DNA from: Longimicrobiales bacterium
GTDB lineage: Bacteria > Gemmatimonadota > Gemmatimonadetes > Longimicrobiales > Gaopeijiaceae
Reading direction: 5' to 3'
Length of the DNA stretch: 64,000 nucleotides
Assembly (NCBI GenBank): GCA_965204735.1
Contig: OZ242008.1
Coordinates: 3,744,001-3,808,000, forward strand
The notes under the pieces: model-generated
Seen by the model: the letters and a program-made list of their open reading frames with translations, nothing else
Told to the model about the DNA's origin: nothing
Databases searched by the model: none
Shown: piece by piece, positions 59,104 to 64,000 of the stretch
Layout: every line of letters begins with the position of its first letter
Position numbering within the stretch: position 1 is the stretch's first letter
Position numbers and translations under genes: made by a program

Positions 59104-61632
59104 GTGACGAAGAACTCCGCTGGACAGCCGGCCCGGTACCGGCCGCTCGCCCGTTCCGCCCCCCCGCGCCGCTCCGAACCCCGTCTCTTCCGTGGAGTTG
59201 GCGCGCGGCTGCCCGTGCTCGCCTTCGGGCTTCTGTGCGCGCTGCCGGCGCTTCCGGGCGCCTTCGCCCCGGTCGCCGCCCAAGGCTACGGCGCTTCCGC
59301 CGCGGCCGGCGACGGGGAAGCATTCGTGGGCGAGGCCCTCAACGAGCGCACGCCCGGCTACGTCTACGTGTACCGCAACGGTGGCGACGGTTGGACCGAG
59401 GTCCAGCGGCTGGCCGCCTCCGACGCCGCCCCCGGCGACCGCTTCGGCAGGACCCTCGCCTTGGTCGGAGGCGACCTGCTGGTGGGCGCCACCGTCGCCG
59501 ACGAGTCCATGGGCGCGCTCTACGTCTTCCGAAAGGACGGTTCGGGGGCGTGGCAGGAAGCATTCAAGATCCACGCTTCCGACGGGACCGCCGGCGACGC
59601 CTTCGGCAGGACGATGGCCACCGACGGCGCCCGGGCGCTGGTCTCCTCGCTCGCCCACAACGGCAGTCGCGGCGCCGTGTACGTCCTGCACCGCAACGAG
59701 GCCGGGGAGTGGTCCGAAGAAGGCAAGCTGACGGCCGACGACGGCGCCGCCGGCGACTTCTTCGGGCTCGGCTTGGCATTGGACGGAGACCGGGCCGTGG
59801 TGGGCGCGCCCAACGTCGACGGGCAGCACGGCGCCGCGTACGCGTTCCGTCGCGACGACGGCGGGTGGGTCCAGACGGCGAAGCTGGACATGCGCTTCGA
59901 GGAGATGGACGAGATCGCCGCGCAGGTGGGGAACGACGAGCTGGGAAGCCCCCGCTTCCCGCCCGGATTCGGAACCGCCGTGGGGCTCGCGGGCGGCCTC
60001 GCCTTCGTCGGCGCGCCAAGGGGCGGGGAGCTCCTCGACGGCGCCGTCTACTCCTTCCGCCTGGACGACTCGTCCCCCGACCTGCGTCCCGTCGCCGTCC
60101 ACCGCTCGTTCGAAGGCCGTCCGGGCGACGGCTTCGGGAGCGCGATCCACGGCTCGGGCTCCGACCTCTGGATCGGGGCGCCGGGCGCGCCGGGCGGCGG
60201 CCGCTTCTACGTGCTCTCGTGGGACGAGGAGGCCGCCGAGGCGGGCGTCTTGGCCAAGTTCGCGGTGGACGACCTGGAGGACGGCGACGGCATGGGCGGC
60301 GTCGTTGCGCTGGCCGACGGGATCGGCGTCGTCGGCCTTGGACAGGACGACTTCGGGCTGGGCACGGCGGCGATCGTCGAAGCCGACGGCGACGCGTGGG
60401 CGACCGCGGTCCGGGTGGCGAGCGAGGCGACGGCGCTCGATCCGATCACCGGCGACGACGTGGCCTGCCGGGACGGCCAAGCGGGCGAGTTCACCTGCGC
60501 CGACGTCGACATCGTGTCCTTCCTGCCCGTGCAGGAGATCGGCGGCGCCCGCGGCGTCGAGGTCAACGACCTCTGGGGCTGGACGGACCCGGAGACGGGA
60601 ACGGAGTGGGCGCTGGTGGGACGCTACGACGGCACGTCGTTCATCGACCTGAGCGACCCCAGCAACCCCGTGTACGCAGGCGACCTGCCCCTGACCGAAG
60701 GCGCGAACCCCAACGTCTGGCGCGACGTGAAGGTGTACCGGGACCACGCCTTCATCGTCTCGGACGGAGCCGGCGAGCATGGAATGCAGGTGTTCGACCT
60801 GACCCAGCTGCGCGAGCCCCGGGACGGTCCCGAGACGTTCGAGGAAACGGCCCACTACGACCGCATACACAGCGCCCACAACATCGTGATCAACGAAGAG
60901 ACGGGCTTCGCCTACGCCGTCGGCGCCAGCGGCGGCGGCGACACCTGCGGCGGCGGCCTGCACATGATCGACATCCGCGATCCGGTGAACCCGACCTTCG
61001 CGGGGTGCTTCGCCGACGCCGCCACCGGACGCAGAGGCACGGGGTACAGCCACGACGCCCAGTGCGTGGTCTACGAGGGACCCGACGAGGAGCACAGAGG
61101 CAAGGAGCTCTGCTTCGGTTCCAACGAAACGGCGCTGAGCATCGCCGACGTCACGGACAAGGACGCTCCCGTCGCCTTGGCGATGGAGGACTACCCCAGC
61201 TACGGCTACTCGCACCAAGGCTGGCTCGACGAGGCCCAGGAGTACTTCTACATGAACGACGAGCTGGACGAACTCCAGGGGAAGGCGTCCAGCACCCGGA
61301 CCCTGGTGTGGGACGTGAAGGACGTGGACGAGCCGATCCTGGTCAAGGAGCACTTCTCGGACGTGACCTCGTCCGACCACAACCTCTACATCCGGGGCGA
61401 CCTCATGTACCAGTCCAACTACGTGAGCGGCTTGCGGATACTGGACATCTCGGATCGGGAGAACCCCCGCGAGGTCGCGTTCTTCGACACGGTGCCCTGG
61501 ACCGAGGACGCCCCCGGCTTCGACGGTTCGTGGAGCAACTACCCGTACTTCGACAGCGGGATCATCGTGGTGACTTCCGGCAAGGAAGGCGTGTTCGTCC
61601 TGCGCGACGCCCGGCGCAACCTGATCCCGTAG
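59104..61632 (+). CDS. Choice-of-anchor B family protein with FG-GAP repeats
   Basis: FG...VGAP repeats; NDLWGWTDP, WRDVKVY, HDAQCV, HQGW, DHNLY, WSNYPYF. Confidence 0.88.
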   Translation: MTKNSAGQPARYRPLARSAPPRRSEPRLFRGVGARLPVLAFGLLCALPALPGAFAPVAAQGYGASAAAGDGEAFVGEALNERTPGYVYVYRNGGDGWTEVQRLAASDAAPGDRFGRTLALVGGDLLVGATVADESMGALYVFRKDGSGAWQEAFKIHASDGTAGDAFGRTMATDGARALVSSLAHNGSRGAVYVLHRNEAGEWSEEGKLTADDGAAGDFFGLGLALDGDRAVVGAPNVDGQHGAAYAFRRDDGGWVQTAKLDMRFEEMDEIAAQVGNDELGSPRFPPGFGTAVGLAGGLAFVGAPRGGELLDGAVYSFRLDDSSPDLRPVAVHRSFEGRPGDGFGSAIHGSGSDLWIGAPGAPGGGRFYVLSWDEEAAEAGVLAKFAVDDLEDGDGMGGVVALADGIGVVGLGQDDFGLGTAAIVEADGDAWATAVRVASEATALDPITGDDVACRDGQAGEFTCADVDIVSFLPVQEIGGARGVEVNDLWGWTDPETGTEWALVGRYDGTSFIDLSDPSNPVYAGDLPLTEGANPNVWRDVKVYRDHAFIVSDGAGEHGMQVFDLTQLREPRDGPETFEETAHYDRIHSAHNIVINEETGFAYAVGASGGGDTCGGGLHMIDIRDPVNPTFAGCFADAATGRRGTGYSHDAQCVVYEGPDEEHRGKELCFGSNETALSIADVTDKDAPVALAMEDYPSYGYSHQGWLDEAQEYFYMNDELDELQGKASSTRTLVWDVKDVDEPILVKEHFSDVTSSDHNLYIRGDLMYQSNYVSGLRILDISDRENPREVAFFDTVPWTEDAPGFDGSWSNYPYFDSGIIVVTSGKEGVFVLRDARRNLIP

Positions 61633-61708
61633 GCGAGGCGGGCGAGCCGTCGGCAATCCCGTGCAACCCAGGACCAGACAATCGACCATGTTCCAAGGAA
61701 GTCCAACC

Positions 61709-64000
61709 ATGTTCCAAGCAAGTCGTCGTCCCCTCCGTCGGCTGTTGCCGCTCGCGGGCGCCCTCTGCATCTCCGTCGCCCCGGGCGTGGACGGCCAGAG
61801 CGCTCCCCGCGCCAACCCGACGCTCTCGGCCACGGTCGCGCTCCGCTCGGCGACGTCGCTTCCGGCCCTTCTCCCCGCTCCCGTTGGGCTCTCGGCCTTT
61901 GGCGCCAGCGTCGCCGTGGTCGACGGCGAAGTCTTCGTGGGCAGGCCCGGCGACGTGGCCCTCTTCCCCATGCCGGCCAACCGCCCGGGCGGGGTTCACG
62001 TCTTCGGCAAGGACGGCGACTCGTGGTCCGAGACGGCCGCCGTCGGTCCGGCCGGAGACGACGTTGGCACGGGCTACGGCGAGAGCATGGACATTGCCGG
62101 CGAAGTGATGGTCGTCGGCGCGCCTCGGGAAGGACCGGGCGCCGTCTACGTCTACCGAAGGACCGGCGGAGAGTGGGTCAGCGAGCAGCGTCTGACGCCG
62201 GACGCCGCGGAGGCGGGCGCGCGCTTCGGCGCGGCGGTGGCCACGAACGGCGACGAGATCGTGGTGGGCGCCCCCGGCGCTTCCGACCACGGCGGAGCCT
62301 TCTTCTACGAGCTGGGCGCGTCCGGGTGGGAGGAGTCGTCGTCGTGGTTCTCGGCGGGCGAAGGGGGCAGCGCCTTCGGCGCCGCGCTGGACATGGAGGG
62401 AGAGACGGCCGCCATCGGCGCGCCGGGCGCCGACCCCTCGCTGCTGCCCGGCGGCGGTCCTCCCAGCTTCGTCCCGGGCTACGTGCAGGTCATGAGGAAG
62501 GAGGGCGGCAGCTGGAGCGTCGCCGGGCGTTTGGCGAACGCGCCGGGGGGGCTGGGCCGCGCCGTCGCCGTCTCCGACGGGACGGTGTTTGCGGGCGCCC
62601 CGTGGGCCGAAAGGGGCACGGGCGCGGTCTACCACTTCGTCGAGGCCGAGGGCGAGTGGACGGCGGCGCACACGATCCAGCCCGAGATGCCCGGGCCCGG
62701 GTCGGGCTTCGGCATGGCGCTGGACGCCGACGGGGGCGACTTGGTGGTGGGCGCCCCGCTGGCCGGGGGAGTCGGCGCCGGCTTCGCCTTTCGTCGCAAC
62801 GAGACGGGGGATTGGGACCAGGTGGCGGCGTTCGGGCCGGGCGGCCCCTTCAGCTTCTACGGCATGGCGGTGGCCGTGGGCGGAGACGTGGCGGTGGCGG
62901 GCGCGCCGGGCGCGGACCTGCTCGAGGGCATGGGGTTCATCTTCCTTCGCAGCGCGGACGGCTGGGAGCCCGACGGGTCCTTAGTCGACGAGACCGAAGG
63001 GCCGGCGCCGATCACCGGAGGCGAACGGGAGTGCGAAGAGGGCTCGGTCGCGGGCTTCTCCTGCAGCGAGGTGGACTTGGTGGCCTACCTGCCGGTCGAC
63101 GCGATGGGCGGCGGCCGGGGCGTCATCGCCAACGACCTCTGGGGCTGGACGGATTCCGACACCGGGCGCGAGTACGTCATCTTGGGCCGGAACGACGGGA
63201 CGGCCTTCGTAGACATCTCGGACCCGGCAAACCCGGTGTTCCTGGGCGACCTGCCCCTGACCGAGGGCGCCGTCTCCAACATGTGGCGCGACGTGAAGGT
63301 GTTCGCCGACCACGCCTTCATCGTGGCGGACAACGCCGGCCCGCACGGCATGCAGGTGTTCGACCTCACCCGGTTGCGGGACGTCTCGTCGCCGCCCGTC
63401 GCATTCGACGCCGACGCCCACTACGACGGCATCGCCTCCGCCCACAACATCGTCCTCAACGAGGGAACCGGCTTCGCCTACGCGGTCGGCGCCTCCGGGG
63501 GCGGCGAGACCTGCGGCGGCGGCCTCCACATGATCGACGTGCGCGACCCCACGAACCCGACCTTCGCCGGCTGCTTCTCGGACCCGGAGACGGGCCACTC
63601 GGGCACGGGGTACAGCCACGACGCCCAGTGCATCCGCTACCACGGCCCGGACCCGGACTATCAGGACCGGGAAATCTGCCTGGGCGCCAACGAGAACGCC
63701 CTCTCGATCGCGGACGTCACCGACAAGGAGGCGACCGTCGTGCTGGCCTCCGCTTCCTACCCCAACACGGCGTACCTGCACCAGGGGTGGGTCACGGACG
63801 ACCACCGCTACTTCTTCATGAACGACGAGCTGGACGAGCTGTCGGGGAACGTCTCCAGGACGCGGACCCTCGTCTGGGACATCTCGGACTTGGAAGAGCC
63901 CGTGCTGGTGAAGGAGCACTTCGGAGTCACGGGCTCCTCGGACCACAACCTCTACGTCCGCGGCGACTTCATGTACCAAGCCAACTACGTCAGCGGACTG
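61709..64000 (+). CDS. Second choice-of-anchor B protein (partial, runs off the window)
   Basis: Open frame MFQASRRPLRRLLP... to the window end with the same motifs; absent from the ORF track because no stop is reached; alternative ATG 61688. Confidence 0.88.
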   Translation, partial: MFQASRRPLRRLLPLAGALCISVAPGVDGQSAPRANPTLSATVALRSATSLPALLPAPVGLSAFGASVAVVDGEVFVGRPGDVALFPMPANRPGGVHVFGKDGDSWSETAAVGPAGDDVGTGYGESMDIAGEVMVVGAPREGPGAVYVYRRTGGEWVSEQRLTPDAAEAGARFGAAVATNGDEIVVGAPGASDHGGAFFYELGASGWEESSSWFSAGEGGSAFGAALDMEGETAAIGAPGADPSLLPGGGPPSFVPGYVQVMRKEGGSWSVAGRLANAPGGLGRAVAVSDGTVFAGAPWAERGTGAVYHFVEAEGEWTAAHTIQPEMPGPGSGFGMALDADGGDLVVGAPLAGGVGAGFAFRRNETGDWDQVAAFGPGGPFSFYGMAVAVGGDVAVAGAPGADLLEGMGFIFLRSADGWEPDGSLVDETEGPAPITGGERECEEGSVAGFSCSEVDLVAYLPVDAMGGGRGVIANDLWGWTDSDTGREYVILGRNDGTAFVDISDPANPVFLGDLPLTEGAVSNMWRDVKVFADHAFIVADNAGPHGMQVFDLTRLRDVSSPPVAFDADAHYDGIASAHNIVLNEGTGFAYAVGASGGGETCGGGLHMIDVRDPTNPTFAGCFSDPETGHSGTGYSHDAQCIRYHGPDPDYQDREICLGANENALSIADVTDKEATVVLASASYPNTAYLHQGWVTDDHRYFFMNDELDELSGNVSRTRTLVWDISDLEEPVLVKEHFGVTGSSDHNLYVRGDFMYQANYVSGL

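Overview
High-GC bacterial window. Gene content (choice-of-anchor B proteins, secreted 6-bladed beta-propellers, a DUF1592/DUF1552/ankyrin cluster) suggests a Gemmatimonadota-like organism; this is inference only. In order: a urease operon ureABCEFGD (- strand), a VPS10/BNR glycosyl-hydrolase-like protein, a stand-alone tRNA-Ile(GAT), a beta-propeller lipoprotein, an intact IS1380-family element (CTAG target), a lipoprotein/TonB-dependent receptor/DUF4249-like operon, an imuA-imuB-dnaE2 mutasome followed by an ABC exporter, an AbiEii-type toxin pair, a DUF1592-DUF1552-ankyrin cluster, a Cys-rich secreted protein plus beta-propeller, two aminotransferases, an Ig-like/HExxH lipoprotein, a type II R-M pair, a decayed IS21 plus a relic, an ECF sigma/AraC-like/HExxH lipoprotein module, a type IIG-like R-M fusion, pdxH, a TIGR01777 oxidoreductase, an amidohydrolase and two choice-of-anchor B genes. 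Most notable signal: the bipartite motif AGGGAACC-N14/15-GGTAT, shaped like an ECF promoter, lies upstream of the ECF sigma gene and of two distant operons of uncharacterised secreted proteins, suggesting an undescribed ECF regulon. ureF appears to start at a non-canonical ATC. No CRISPR array or rRNA was seen.
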